Program-made: the position numbers and the translations under genes
Shown: positions 51,561 through 64,000 of the stretch, in pieces
Numbering within the stretch: position 1 is the first letter of the stretch
How the letters are laid out: each line of letters begins with the position of its first letter
Notes under the pieces: model-generated
What the model was told of the DNA's origin: nothing
Databases searched by the model: none
Seen by the model: only the letters and a program-made list of their open reading frames with translations
Assembly: GCF_004010195.1 (NCBI RefSeq)
Contig: NC_057719.1
Coordinates: 49,747,662 to 49,811,661 of the forward strand
Direction: 5' to 3'
DNA length: 64,000 nucleotides
Source of the DNA: Chiloscyllium plagiosum
Lineage: Eukaryota

Positions 51561-54500
51561 GGACGTCTATCCAGATTTGAGCAGCTCTCAGAGACAGTCA
51601 ACTTTTGTCAATGTGAAAACTAGAGGATGAGGTTTCCTGTCCAAGAGCTCAGTTTTGGATCAGTTTCAAGTCTGATAAGTGTAACTTGTGTGCTTTGTTT
51701 ACCTCTTTAGTTGTTAAATGAGTGTATCTCCAGTTTTGATTACATTCAATCCTGACTGACTCTGATTCTGAGACTGAATTTGAGTTTTGCTTGATGGTAT
51801 ATCTTTGTCAAACCTGAAGCATTTGAACTACATACTTGGAAGGCATTAGACTTTAGATTTTTAATTAGGCAAGCTCAACCAAATTGATCTAATGTAAAAT
51901 TATCCGAATTCTGCAAGTCAGGTCAGGGAAAGCGATTTCTGTTATTGTTTACAATTCTCACATCATCAAAATTGTCTGCAATCAGCAATTTTCTGGTTGA
52001 CTTGGAACTCTTTGCTATGAATTTTTATAAATACTCTCACATTGGGTCATGTTGAGAAACCAAACGCTTCTGCTGATTTATCAACCTCAAAACTCTAAAT
52101 TGTCACCATTAGACTGAATTTTGGTGGTTTGTGCTAGAGTTATGACACATTTCCTCCCAAGAAAAACACTCACAGTGCTCAGGAAGGTCTGAAGAAATTG
52201 TACATCAGCCTGCTCAGACATGTTATGATGCAAATCCAGGGCAAGGTGGACTTGAATTTAGACCTTCTAGCCCAAAGGCAGGGACACTGTCATGGCACCA
52301 CAAGATCCCTTTAAAGACAATGACTTACATGAAACTGTGGCTTTCTTTTGCTATTTTACAGTCATCTTTCAGAAGACAGTAGAGGGAATCAAGAAAGATT
52401 ACTCGGTGACAGCAATTAATTCACATTTGTATCCTTCACAATGATTGAACAGAAAATTTCAAATATTTTCTACATCAGACACAAAATTTCTGCTGTATGC
52501 TTTAGTTTAGAGGAGGCAAATAAGGGAAGAGGAATTTTACAATGCACAATACTCTAGATTACAGGAAGCACAAGAAACCTACCTTTATGATAGAAAAGCT
52601 TGGCTGGGCCCTGTGCAGGCTGAAATACAAAGCAGCTTTGCCACACAAGAATGCCCATCCTGTAATTGATAGACAAGAGTAGTCTTTTTGATGAATGGCT
52701 AAATGCAAAAGCAATAATCTTATGTCACAAATCTGACAAACTCTCAGAAAACATCCAGTAGAATGCTTTTCAAGATTTGGATGATAAGGCAGTAGAAAAC
52801 TCAGACCTGTAGAAATCAGTTCAGTTCACTTTGTGCTTGTCAGGTACCATAGCTCCTGTAGAATGTGTCTCTTTAATAATGACTATACTTTGGTCACCTG
52901 AAAAATCACATCATTGAGGATCTATTCTACAAGAACCTGAATCTGCTGAAGGACAAGCAGACCCTGTGACAAACTGCTGCAAGTGAGAAATAGAGTCCAC
53001 AAGAAACATTGCACTATGGCGATCAACGAGGTGAAGAGAACAGGTTGGCTTGTCTAAAGTGTAATAACCACTTAATTGTAAGGATACAATTGTTATTCTT
53101 AAATTGTAATTTACTTTATAATTATGCAGTTTTCCTTTTTAACAGGTGCTCAGTGAAATTGATCTTAATTTGAACTTTTGCAGTGTCATTCTTATTAATT
53201 GCCTTTGAACTTGCTTGCACATGAATAATTTTACATGGTGTTCTCTATTCAGCACAAGATAATATTGTCCTTGGATATATATCCTTGTATCACACTTCAC
53301 TTCAGATTATACATGTCCTCTTTCAGAACCAGCAGATAGGAACGGACAGCCATTGGTGAGAATCCATAGTTCCACCAGCTAGCATCTACAAATGGCAGTC
53401 AGGGTGCAACTTTAATGATATTCATTGCAGTGAAACCCTTGAGCACATGCAGCTCAGGTACTAGGGTAATATTCCAGAGTGAGTACTCATCAACAACTTA
53501 TTTTGAAAGCAAGGTTATTGTTACTTTATAGGAAGAAATCACACCTCCCACCCAATCAGATAGTCCTGTCACACAAACAGGGCTAGTGGCTATTGATGTT
53601 CACATACCTTGGAACAAGATGAGAGGGATTGGGGTCAGTATCACCAGAGCCAGTCAGGCAAGCCCCAGGAGGTGGGGAGGGTGTGGTGTCTGGTGATAGC
53701 TGGAATGGTTTGCCATTTTGTCTCTTCACAGGACACAGGGTGCCCAGTTAGGAGGCCTCTGCACAATAATACATGGAGTTACTAGGGTTTATCAGCTTAT
53801 CCAAGGATGCTCATAGACTTCTCATGTCCCACATCCATCCTCTCACATCACATTCCCCTTCTAATCTCCTGTTTTCAAATACCCGATATTTGCCGTCTAC
53901 CCAGTTACAACAGTTCCAGGAAGAAAAGCGAGTGACATCATAGCATTAATCAAATTGATCTGACACACACTGTGAATCATCCAGGCACGAGTGGCATACA
54001 ATCAGGCCAGGAGTACAGAATGTTAACTTTGCCAGCTCACTGGAAGCTGAGGTACAAATAAAATTCGCTGCTGAGGACTGAGCTAAGTACCTTAATGGAA
54101 CAGCAGACAAATAGCACTGAATGGGCATGCAGACAAATGACATTGAATGGTTTGACAACTAGTTCCCGTCACGATCCAGAAGTGTTGGAAGAGTCTGGCT
54201 CCAACTTGGCAGAGGATATAGTGAAGAACTTGGCTTTTTTGCAGTTTCCAATCCATCTCCCTGAAGTGCCAACCCAGAGGCACTGCTACTGATTCCCTCA
54301 TTCTGATAAATGGTCATCTACTCACTCCTCTGTCCCCAAATCATAACAATGCAGCAATAATCTCCATCAAATATAGTTGCTCACCAAGAAACCTCCATAA
54401 GTATTTCAGATTTCATCCAAACACTTTACAATCAAAAAAGATTTTAAAGATGTAGCACATCAACAATCTGTGCCCAGACCTTTGGATAACCCTGCTGAAG

Positions 54501-54587
54501 AACCCACCTTCTAAAGAATAGTCACAGGACTCAAATAGTTAACTCTGTCTTCTCTCCACAGATCTGCCATACTTACTGAATTTCTTC

Positions 54588-54749
54588 TAGGAGAAAGCGA
54601 AGACTGCAGATGCTGGAGATCAGAGCTGAAAATGTGTTGCTGGAAAAGCGCAGCAGTTCAGGCAGCATCCAAGGAGCAGGAGAATCGACGTTTCGGGCAT
54701 TAGCCCAATTCCTGAAGAAGGGCTCATGTCCGAAATGTCGATTCTCCTG
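54588..54749. mobile_element. Penelope-derived mini-element nested in an older related element (~54505-54790)
   Basis: 16-bp TSD cttactgaatttcttc (54572-54587 / 54750-54765); short inverted arm; hammerhead motif. Confidence 0.88.
54708..54743 (+). ncRNA. Hammerhead motif, partly decayed variant
   Basis: AUUC-CUGAAGA-A-GGGC-UCAU-GUCC-GAAA-UGUC-GAUU. Confidence 0.5.
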
Positions 54750-55159
54750 CTTACTGAATTTCTTCAGCAACTTTTGCGGTTAGTTTGAAGGATCCACTTT
54801 ATAGCTTTGTGTTTCTTTTCAATTCTTGAGTAGATAAGGCAAGAATAAGCCTGAATATTCAATGCCCAATTTGGGATTTGGGCATCACAGAAACCAGTTC
54901 GCCTGTAAGGCAGCAGAATAGTTCAGAATTAGATTCTTCAGGCACACACAGGGAATGTATGTATGTCTACCGAGCTCCTGGTAAGTACCTGGTGAATCAG
55001 GCAAGAGGGGGCTGGCATGTGAGGAACACCATAAAAGCAGTGCAAGATCTCTGTAGCACTGCCACCAGCCCGAAGTACTGAAATGTTCCCTTAGGCAAAT
55101 GAATGAATAAATCGATTAATTTGAATTTAGGATTGAAGTCTTGAAACTTTAGGCTGTCA

Positions 55160-55199
55160 TTTAATTTATAACCAGTTAATTTACTGGTTATAAATTAAA
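55160..55199. repeat. Perfect 17-bp inverted repeat with 6-nt spacer
   Basis: tttaatttataaccagt-taattt-actggttataaattaaa. Confidence 0.95.
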
Positions 55200-55251
55200 C
55201 CACATGCCATTAAAGCATTGCCATAAAATATATAAATAGTGAACATAAAAT

Positions 55252-55269
55252 TGGCCAGCAGGGGGCTTC
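55252..55269 (+). promoter_or_regulatory. CTCF-like motif
   Basis: TGGCCAGCAGGGGGCTTC versus consensus TGGCCASYAGRKGGCRS. Confidence 0.45.
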
Positions 55270-56270
55270 CTAAATCATGAATTCCTGCCCAAAGCCACTG
55301 TTATTTTCTATCAGAAGGGCAATATTTCTTATATTTTTAGTGCATTTTCCAATGTAGTAATCTTGGTTTTGTAGAGTATTTGGCGTTGCAGAGTTGAATT
55401 TGGATTTCATAATGTTTCTTGCAATATCTTATAGTTCCTATAACCTATCTATCCATCACTTTACAATAAGACTAATCTGACTTAGTTTGAAGGACTGTGC
55501 CCAGGTGAAATAAAATAAACTGACCATTTTGATGTTAAGTAGCTCTATTTACCTAAGAATCATCTTACTTGATCAGTAATAAATGTAAACTTAAGATAGA
55601 GAGATGCAGAAGTGATATTAGAATCACTTCATTATTATTACTATGACAAAATATCCCTGGTAAACCCATACACAGCAAACTGCTCAGACATTCACAATAC
55701 GCATCACTCAGGTGGTCACATGCCATATCTTTTTTCTGATTGCTGCCCAACTTAAAAGTTAACAAGGTCCTAATTCAAGTACAACTGTATCCCATTTCTT
55801 TTAGAGTTTTTTTAGGACTACATTTATCCAAGAATTTCTTCTGTGCTAGTTGTTCTAAGAAACCCTTTCCAAATCCGAGATCTCCTTTCCCCACTCCGTT
55901 TGAAACTTTTCTCCTATCTTCCACTCCTTAGTCACTTTCACACCCTCACAGCACTCAGAAATCTATGAGATGTAAAAGATGTTAATAAAAATGTGCCCAT
56001 CAGAAGCAGAAATAATAGTGATGCCATCCATCCCACAGTCTTACTTCTTCATTCATACCTTCAACTTCTAAGGTAATTGCCTTGTTATCTAAGGCATCTC
56101 AAACCATTGAATGAAGGTGAACAGACACTGTAATTATTAAGATCAGTTACTGCCATCTCCTGGGATGAACTAGAATGCCTTTGGGAATTGGAGAAAAATA
56201 ACCCAGAGTTTCTTTGTAAATTAGCTTGTGACATTTCCTATTCTTCTGTCCCTATCTAGAGATTCCATAG

Positions 56271-56565
56271 ATTAGATTAGATTACATTACAGTGTGGAAA
56301 CAGGCCCCACGGCCCAACAAGTCCACACCGACCCGCCGAAGCGCAACCCACCCATACCCCTACATTTGCCCCTTACCTAACACTACGGGCAATTTAGCAT
56401 GGCCAATTCACCTGACCTGCAGGTCTTTGGATTGTGGGAGGAAACCCACGCAGACACGGGGAGAATGTGCAAACTCCACACAGTCAGTCGCCTGAGGCGG
56501 GAATTGAACCCGGGTCTCAGGCGCTGTGAGGCAGCAGTGCTAACCACTGTGCCACCGTGCTGCCC
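56271..56565 (-). mobile_element. Young HE1 SINE
   Basis: CpG-rich; intact tggcacagtgg A-box and gggttcaattcc B-box; (aatct)n tail; possible TSD ccatag. Confidence 0.95.
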
Positions 56566-56839
56566 ATAGCTTGGGAGGGAGGTGGGAGCTGAATGAAGTC
56601 ATGACTCTACCATGTTATATTGGGACCTGCTGACAAAATAGCTAGCATTGCCTTCTTTTAAGTTAATATATCAAATTGAAAATGGGATTCTGCAGCATAA
56701 ACAGCAGCTCAGAGCATTTTGGAGATTTCACTTTATCTCTTTCTCATTTTAGATGTCAGTTTTTTTCCCTGCAAACGTGAAGTTAATGTAAGATGAATAG
56801 AAAAGATATAGCAGTTCACTGTCCTCCTACCATTGATTC

Positions 56840-57965
56840 CATTTATTGTTGTCACATGTATCTAAGTTAGCGATTTTTTTTGTGAGCTGTTTGGCAGATC
56901 ATAACATACAAGGACATACAGATCACAGAGTTTTTAGACAGAGCAAGGTATACAAGGTTATGTTTGCACAGGAGGTGCACAAAAGCAAGATCAACATTAG
57001 ATTTGAGATTAATGAGGTACATTTAGCTACCTAATAACAAGGAAGAAGCTGTTCTTGAACCTGTTGATACATGTACTTAAGCTTCTGTATCTGCTGCCTA
57101 ATGGAAAAGGTTGGAAGAGAGGCTAGGAAGGGTCTTTGATGATGTTGGCTGCCTTTCCATAGCAACAAGGAGTTTAGGTTGAGCCCATGGATGGGAGGCT
57201 AGTGTCCATGATAGTCTGGGCTGTGCACACAATGTTCTGTAATTTCCTACAGTCCTGGGCATAACAGTTGCCTTACCAAACCATGATGCACCTGAATAAA
57301 TGCTTTCTATGGTGCATCAGTAAAGGTTGATGAGGGTCTTTCTTGACATGCTGAATTTCCTTAGCCTCCTGAGGAAGAAGAGGCATTGTTATGCCTTTTT
57401 CACCATTGCATCTATGTGGGAAGTCCAGATCAGATTGTCAGTTATTATCAATTTTAAGAACTTGATGCTTTCGATCCTCTCAACCTCAGCTCCATTGATG
57501 TAGGTGAGGGCATATTCTCTTCCTTTCTTCCTGAAGTCTATGATCAGTTCTTTAGTTTTGCTGACATTGAGGGAGGGGTTATTACCTTTGCACCATCTCA
57601 CCTCCTTTCAGTGACTCATCATTGTTTGATATCTGGCCTACAACAGCAGTGTCGTCAGCAAACTTGTAGACGGTGTTCCGACGAAAATTGGCCACACAAT
57701 CGTGTGTACAGTGAGTACAGCAGGGGACTAAATACGCATCCTTGCAGGACGCCCATGTTGAGGATTTTCGTGGAGGAGGTGCTGTTGTTTATCTAACTGC
57801 AGTCTATGGGTCAGGAAGTTGAGGATCCAGTTGCAGAGGGCGGAGCAGAGACCTAGGTCTTGGAGTTTGGAGATTAGGTTAGTTGGGATTATAGTGTTAA
57901 AGGCGGAGCTGTAGTTGATAAATTAATATGAGTGCAGGGCTAGGAAAATGGCATCATCCGTGGAC
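56840..57965 (-). mobile_element. Rex1/Babar-type LINE 3' portion
   Basis: [23 protein letters not shown] and WCKGNNPSLNVSKTKELIIDFRK; catgtgacaacaataaa tail. Confidence 0.85.
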
Positions 57966-58454
57966 TTGTACTACCTTACTTTTAATGATTGCCACACTCT
58001 TCAGGTAAGACAAAAACACAAAAAACACTATTCTAAGATTCTAGGTGCTCAATTTCCTTCAGTGGTGTCCAAAATATGATGATATTCCCGTTTCCCCAAT
58101 TTGTCTCCAATCACTGTCACTTCCAAGAACAAAGCCAAGAGGGGCCAGCAGTATAATACAAGAAGAAGGACAAATGGACAGTGTCACAAGTCAATGTAAA
58201 GACATTGAGTGGGAAATACCAAACATTTTATCTTAACCATGTCTAATACAACCAAGGGAATAGATTTTTGTTTTTACCGGTGTGGAGGTAGAAGGCAGTA
58301 AGTAACAGTCACTGCTGGAATACAATGATGGAAACCAACACAGAATCTCGAATACAACCAGCCCGATTTTGATTCTGTCAAGTCCAATCTAACTGATATC
58401 ACTTGTCTCAGCATTCTGTGCTGGTGGATACAAAACAGTTCATTAGGGGCAGAT

Positions 58455-58580
58455 AAAAATAAAATATTGCAGATGCTAGAAATCTGAAACAAACGCCGAA
58501 AATGCTGAGAAACTCAGCAGATCTGCCAGAATCTGAGGAGAAAGAAAGTGTTAATGTTTTCAGTCCAATATGACTCATTA
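58455..58580 (-). mobile_element. Older Penelope-terminal-repeat-related short element
   Basis: Minus strand gagtc-atattg-gactg-aaaacattaac...ctgctgagtttctcagcatttt. Confidence 0.6.
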
Positions 58581-60439
58581 TGGGCTGAGGATGCACAAGT
58601 GAATAGTGACGTGGCAACATGACACACATTAAGTGAGCATTGGAAAAGGATTATTGCAAGCAACTGGCTCACTAACAATAGGAAGGAAATTAGGTTCAAT
58701 AATGAGCTATTTAACTCTAATTATCCCTGCATCCATCAAGATTTAATGTCTTGCATGGGGTCTCACATGTTTCCAGAAAATCAACATCAAACCTTGTTGA
58801 GCTTGCCATTCATAGCTGCTCAATGCCCAACTAAGGGACTTGGGCATTGAGAAGGGAGGGGAATGGCCCCGCCTTTACATCCAACCCTAACCCCATGATC
58901 TCATCCCTATTTACAAGTCTTCAGGGATCCAGTGACAACCCAATGTGATACCAGGAGTGGCCACTGTTCCAACTCCAATCACCAACACTGAATTTGTACC
59001 TACACTTCACTAGGACAAAATTTGGATAAGATCTAAAAACAACCATGCAGATCACAATACCGGAGGTTTGTTCATGAGAGGTTAGTAGCAATTAATGCTA
59101 ACTTGTACCTCTTAAAAACATAATTGTGTCCCTTTCCACAAAACTGGGACAGAAAATCAGTGCCTACTCTGTCCATCAGTTCATGGGTCTGCTGAGGGCT
59201 TCAATCACTGCCCAACTCGCCAGTTTCCTTACAGCCCAACTCGCCACTTTGAGTGACACCCTGGCCCACCAATCAGTGTGAAATCTCTGCTTTTTAAGCC
59301 AAATAAAGAACATACCCAGATTTCATTTTTTAAACTTAAACTTATAAATTAAGTAAACGTCACAAATTAAATAAAGACCTCACTTACAAATAATTCCAAT
59401 ACTTATTAGCTCACTAAAGAAATACTTTCACCAGATGAGTCACTGATCTGAATAGTCCTATTGCTGTTTCATTAGGCTGCAAGTATATCTGATTCCACTG
59501 ATTGTGTTGGGTTGATTTCAGTGTTCTTTGTTTAGGCAGTGTTGTCACACGCACTGAGACTGTCTATACCGTGAGTGCACACACTGCAGTTGATTTACAA
59601 GCTCCAGATGGTCTAAGCAGGTCATTCCCACACTCCACTCAGTGCAACCTTAGCCCTTGATCCTTTCTCCTTTAAGATACTCAAGAGCAACCAGGCAATG
59701 ATAGTGAACTCCTAAAGAAGAAGTAGATGTGTTGATGAAACACCCATCACTTCCTCTCCACAAGGTGAGTGACCAGGCATAAGTGGCCTGCAGTGAGGGC
59801 TGTGAAAAAGGTCACTAAGTCGCCGTTCAGAGAGCAAGATCACACGGGTCCTGCTGTAAAAGGACTTTGAGGTTGGGAGGGGTTGGGGTGGAGTGGAGTG
59901 TGGTTGGGGGAGGTGGAGCTACAAAGAAGGCTGTTAACCTGCACACAGAAGTGCTTGATGTAATGGCAGGTGATCTGATGTTACTGTCAAGCAGGATACA
60001 GGAGTCCTGAGCAAACTAACTATAGGTCATTTTTTTAAATTTCAGGGACCATCTTTTCTAGTGTTGGCCAACTCTGTGAAAATATTAACAGACACTTCTT
60101 GATGGCTGATGTCTCAGCTTTCGTTGCATCAAGTAGAAGTCATCTACAGTCTGAGTACTGACGTGGAAATTTCAATAAAAGTCATACAGTTTTATCTTGC
60201 AGCTATCAAGCCACAAGGACCATGGATACCAGTGTTCAAATACATTTGCAGGTTGTCACAGCTGCCCAACAATTGTACTTACAACAAATTAATTGCAGTA
60301 AAATCCTCCCGAAAGAGAATATAGTGGTACGTCAGACTATTTCCAGGTTACAAACCTGCTGTTGACTGCATTGTGTTGGTGAGGTCTGAGTCAGCGAGGT
60401 GGATTCTTTTTGGAGCAGTTTGCGGTAGAGTCCACGAGG

Positions 60440-61860
60440 GAAGAGGCAATTCTGGATTTGGTGTCATGGGGCAGTCTTCATTAGGGAGCTTAAGGTGAAG
60501 GAACCCTTAGGGGCAGTGACCATAAAATGATAGAATTCAGTTTGAGAGGAAGAAGCTGGAATCAGATGTATTCCAATTAAAGGTTAGGAGGGGGGGAGCT
60601 GACCAGAGTTGATTGGAAGGGGTGCCTAGCAGGAAAGATGGTTGGACAGCAATGGCAGGAATTTCTGGACGTAATTCAGGAAGCACAGCAGAAATTCATC
60701 CCAAGGAAGAAACAACATAATAGGGAGAGGACGAGGTAGCCATAGCTGACAGAGGAAGTCAGGGATAGCATGGAAACAAAATAAAAAGCATACAGTGTGC
60801 TGAAGATTAGTGGGAAGCAATCGGATTGGGAATTCTTTAAAAAAACCAGCAGAGGATAACTAAAAAAGCAATAAGGGGAGATAAGATAAAATATGAGGAT
60901 AAGCTAGTTAATAATACTAAAGTAGATTGCAAGAGTATTTTTTAGATATCTCACAGGTAAGGGAGAGGCAAGAGTGGACATTGGAACTCTGGAAAAGTAG
61001 TAGTGGAGAAGTAGTAATGGGGAGAAAAGAAATTGCGAAGGAACTGAATAGATACCTTGCATCACTTTTCACAGTGGAAGACACCAGCAGCATATCAAAA
61101 CTTCAAGAGATTCAGGGGGCAAAGGCAAGTGTAGTGACCATCACTAAGGAGAAGGTGCTGAGGAAGCTGAAAGGTCTGAAGGTGGATAAATCTCCCCAAC
61201 CAGATAGGCTACACCCCAAAGTTTTGAAGGATGTAGCTGAGGAGATTGTGGAGGCATGAGTGGTGATCTTTTAGGAATCACTGGAATCAAGGAGAGTCCC
61301 AGAAAATTTTAAAATGGCTAACAGTAACACCTCTGTTTAAAAAGGGATGGAGTGGAAATCAGGAAACTATCGATCGGTTAAGCTGACCTCAGTTGTTGGT
61401 AAGATTTTAGAGTCTATTGTTAAGGATGAGATTGGGGAGTACTTTTCGGGTGGTAAGAAAAGGCTGAGTCAACATTGCTTTGGCAAGGATAGATTATGCC
61501 TGACAAATCTATTAGAATTCTGTGAGGAGGTAACGAGCAAGTTAGACAAAGGACAGCCAGTGGAGGTGATCTATTCAAATTTCCAAAAGGCCTTTGACAA
61601 GGTACCGCAGAAAAGGCTACGAAATAAGATGACAGCCAAATGTATGAGGGGCAAGATACTGGCATGGATAGAGGATTGACTGACTGGCAGAAGGTCAAAA
61701 GTCTTTTTCAGGATGGCAGCCAGTGAGTAGTGGAGTTCCATAGGGGTCAGCGTTTTGACTACAACTATTCATGTTATGCATTAATGATCTGGATGGAGGA
61801 ACTGAGGGCATTGTTGCTGACATTACAAATGACACAAATAGTGGAGGGACGGGTAGTGGC
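60440..61860 (+). mobile_element. Degraded CR1 ORF2 fragment
   Basis: SDH endonuclease end, LKVDKSPQPDRLHPKVLK and CLTNLLEF...FQKAFDKVP. Confidence 0.9.
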
Positions 61861-62295
61861 TCATATACATATGAATTATATGGACATGGGACGAAGCCAT
61901 TATACATGCTGATAATTCAAGGTTGTAGTGCTGGCCACTAACCACTAGAGTTAGCTACATGTTACATGCATGAAATACACCATAGGTTCTGGCCTATACT
62001 TGGGGCTTTTATCAGGCTGCTCCCATCTTAAGTGAAAGCCTGCTTTGCGCCACATCAACATAGTGAGGCCCACCTTTATGATCCATAACTGTTTGCCTTT
62101 TTCCTCATTCTGCCATGCTCAAGGAATTTGTCATCTGGAGCATTCTGGTATTTTCCCATTTGACCAAATTTCAAAAGTAAGTAAAATATCTCTCTCCTGT
62201 TATTTGTTCACATATCTTTGCTTCAATACAAGATGTTTAACCGGCTAAACCCAGCAGCTGTACCTATGGAGGAGGAGAAGATATAGGAATGCCCT

Positions 62296-62632
62296 GGGTG
62301 GCACAGTGGCTCAGAGGTTAGCACTGCTGCCTTACAGCACCAGGGACCCAGGTTTGATTCCAAACTTGGGCAGCTGTCTGCGTGGAGTTTGCACATTCTC
62401 ACCCTATCTGTGTCAGTTTCCTCTAGGTGTTCCGGTTTCCTCCCACAGTCCAAAGATGTGCAGGTTAGATGAATTGGCCATGCTGAATTGCAAATAGTGT
62501 TCAGGGATGTGTAGGTTAGGTGCATTAATCAAGGGAAATGTGAAGTAATAAGGTAGGGGAATGGGTCTGGGCAGGACACCATTCGGAGGGTCGGTATGGA
62601 CTTGTTGAGCCAAATGGCCTGTCGGGGTTCTA
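62296..62632 (+). mobile_element. HE1 SINE
   Basis: Head, V domain and tail as in the other copies. Confidence 0.9.
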
Positions 62633-62689
62633 TCTATCTACAGCGGTAGTTATCTGCAGTTCAGACGGCTGCAGGTGTAGGTGAGCAAG

Positions 62690-63770
62690 CAGTGCCTAAA
62701 GAGGAGAACCAGGGACTTCTACACCATCAGGCAGTGTTCCATGAGAGGGTCTACCCAAGGCAGTGCAGCTACCTGCAGATGAGTGAATGTCAATACCGCA
62801 GGCACATTCACATGATTAGGAACACTGTCACCTACATGTGCCAGTTCCAGCAGGAAGATCTGATACCATGCACATTAGCAGAAGTGCTGTGCCAATAGTG
62901 CTGAAGATTACAGGGAGATTGAATTTCCTTATCACAGGTCTCTTTCAAGCAGCAACTGGGGATTCGTGTGTCATCGCCCATTTGGTAGTCCACACACGTT
63001 TTTGTGAGTTTACAGATGCAGGAAAGCACATCTATTTTTGGCCTTCTCCACGGTCCCAGAGAGTCGAGCTGCCTAGGCTGTCAGATTTGCCTCCATCGCT
63101 GGCATCCCTCAAGTCCAAGAGGCCACTAATTTAGAATTAAAATTTTAAATTAGGTTTTTATTGTCACATGTGCTCAAGTATAGGGATACATGAGTACAGT
63201 GAAAAGTGTACAAAGTCACTATTTCCAGTGCCATCTTAGGTACAAAATCTTAGGTATAAGTTAGAAAAATAAAGAAATAAAATTTAAAGTTCAACATTAC
63301 AGTTCTTATAATGTAGAGAAGGAGACAGAAAAAATGCCTGCAGACATGTGGTGCTCCCTAGCATCATCGAGCCAAATTCCTGCCCAGAAATGGATTTCAC
63401 TCCCTCAATATCCAGCTCAATTGTAATCGCAGACAATTCCTGCAGATATGTGTCCCGCCATCCAGGGAGCTATCACAGTGTTAACCTTCTGCACAACTTT
63501 CATGTTCCTTAAATGTTTGCACCCCTGCATTATTTACAGGGCTGGCATGTGTGTGACAAGCGACACACACAGGGGGCTTGTCTAATGAGCTCCATGCAAA
63601 ACTGCACATTGAAGCTGAGCATTGCTACAATGGGTGCATGCATTCTCTGGATGCATCATTGAACAGGCACTGGTAAACTGAAGATGTGGGATTTGAGGGT
63701 TCTGCATAAACAGAGCTACCGTTTCATTGGAAAGCTAGAGTAGGCGGAAGATAATCAATTACGATATGAT
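62690..63770 (+). pseudogene. Decayed PIF/Harbinger (HARBI1-like) DDE transposase
   Basis: RVY....SYLQMSE.QYRR, AVPIVLKITGRLNFLITGLFQAATGD, FLPRNGFHSLNIQL.C, HPGSYH and IIEQA..KLKM motifs with frameshifts; interrupted at ~63130-63320. Confidence 0.85.
63130..63320 (-). mobile_element. LINE 3' tail fragment (Rex1-like)
   Basis: Minus strand ttttcactgtactc...cacatgtgacaataaa, similar to the tail at 56843. Confidence 0.55.
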
Positions 63771-64000
63771 CGGTGTGATTGAGATGGCTCTGAGGTTTGG
63801 AACTGAATCCAGCTTTTCTGGTTGTGACCTTGTCCCATGCAACCCTTTGGTGAAAATATATCACCATGTCTTTTTTTTTCCCCCTCCTAGTTGCAACGTA
63901 AGGTCAGTGACCTAATGTTGCCTGAGTTCTTGTGTGTTGCAACTCACTTTATGTTTTAAGTGGGAAGTTTGTCAGATGTGTGAGTGCCGGTATCACTGTG

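Larger units (their letters stand above)
47560..53100 (+). mobile_element. Second, more decayed Gypsy pol remnant split by CR1 insertions
   Basis: LKEAGLT..NCEFASVRFLGHI (47824-47900), DSFSKMP RNase H end (~49730) and weak integrase-like residue near 52350-52650. Confidence 0.5.

Noticed and set aside
55565..55765. Hydrophobic-ended ORF with a GTAAGA donor-like site
   Set aside because: No acceptor or promoter evidence and no homology; probably chance.
59870..59920. G-rich tract as a G-quadruplex
   Set aside because: The fourth G-run is separated by a 17-nt loop and no functional context is evident.

Overview
Eukaryotic, repeat-dense intronic DNA from a cartilaginous fish: HE1 SINEs and HER1/CR1 LINE tails point to a shark (species not determinable here). 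The only recognisable host gene is an SLC35F3/F4-family transporter on the minus strand, most likely slc35f4. It is seen as a 76-nt coding alternative first exon (MKKHSARVAPLAAYGTSVLTASIIE, 11137-11212, absent from the ORF track) and a candidate SLC35F4-type internal exon (~21645-21845); its transmembrane exons are not in the window. The rest is layered transposon debris: many CR1 copies, L2, Rex1, HE1 and Deu-type SINEs, two decayed Gypsy elements, Harbinger transposase and Myb remnants, and Penelope-like (GIY-YIG) elements. The most notable system is a family of Penelope-derived mini-elements. Most are fold-back palindromes, five have 14-16 bp target-site duplications, and several carry a minimal hammerhead-ribozyme motif with an invariant stem II but variable loop and N7. 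Other points of interest: three stacked uORFs in the alternative first exon, a 17-bp perfect palindrome next to a CTCF-like motif, and orphan exon-like segments with strong splice signals. Repeat boundaries are approximate; family and gene assignments rest on recalled motifs, not database searches.
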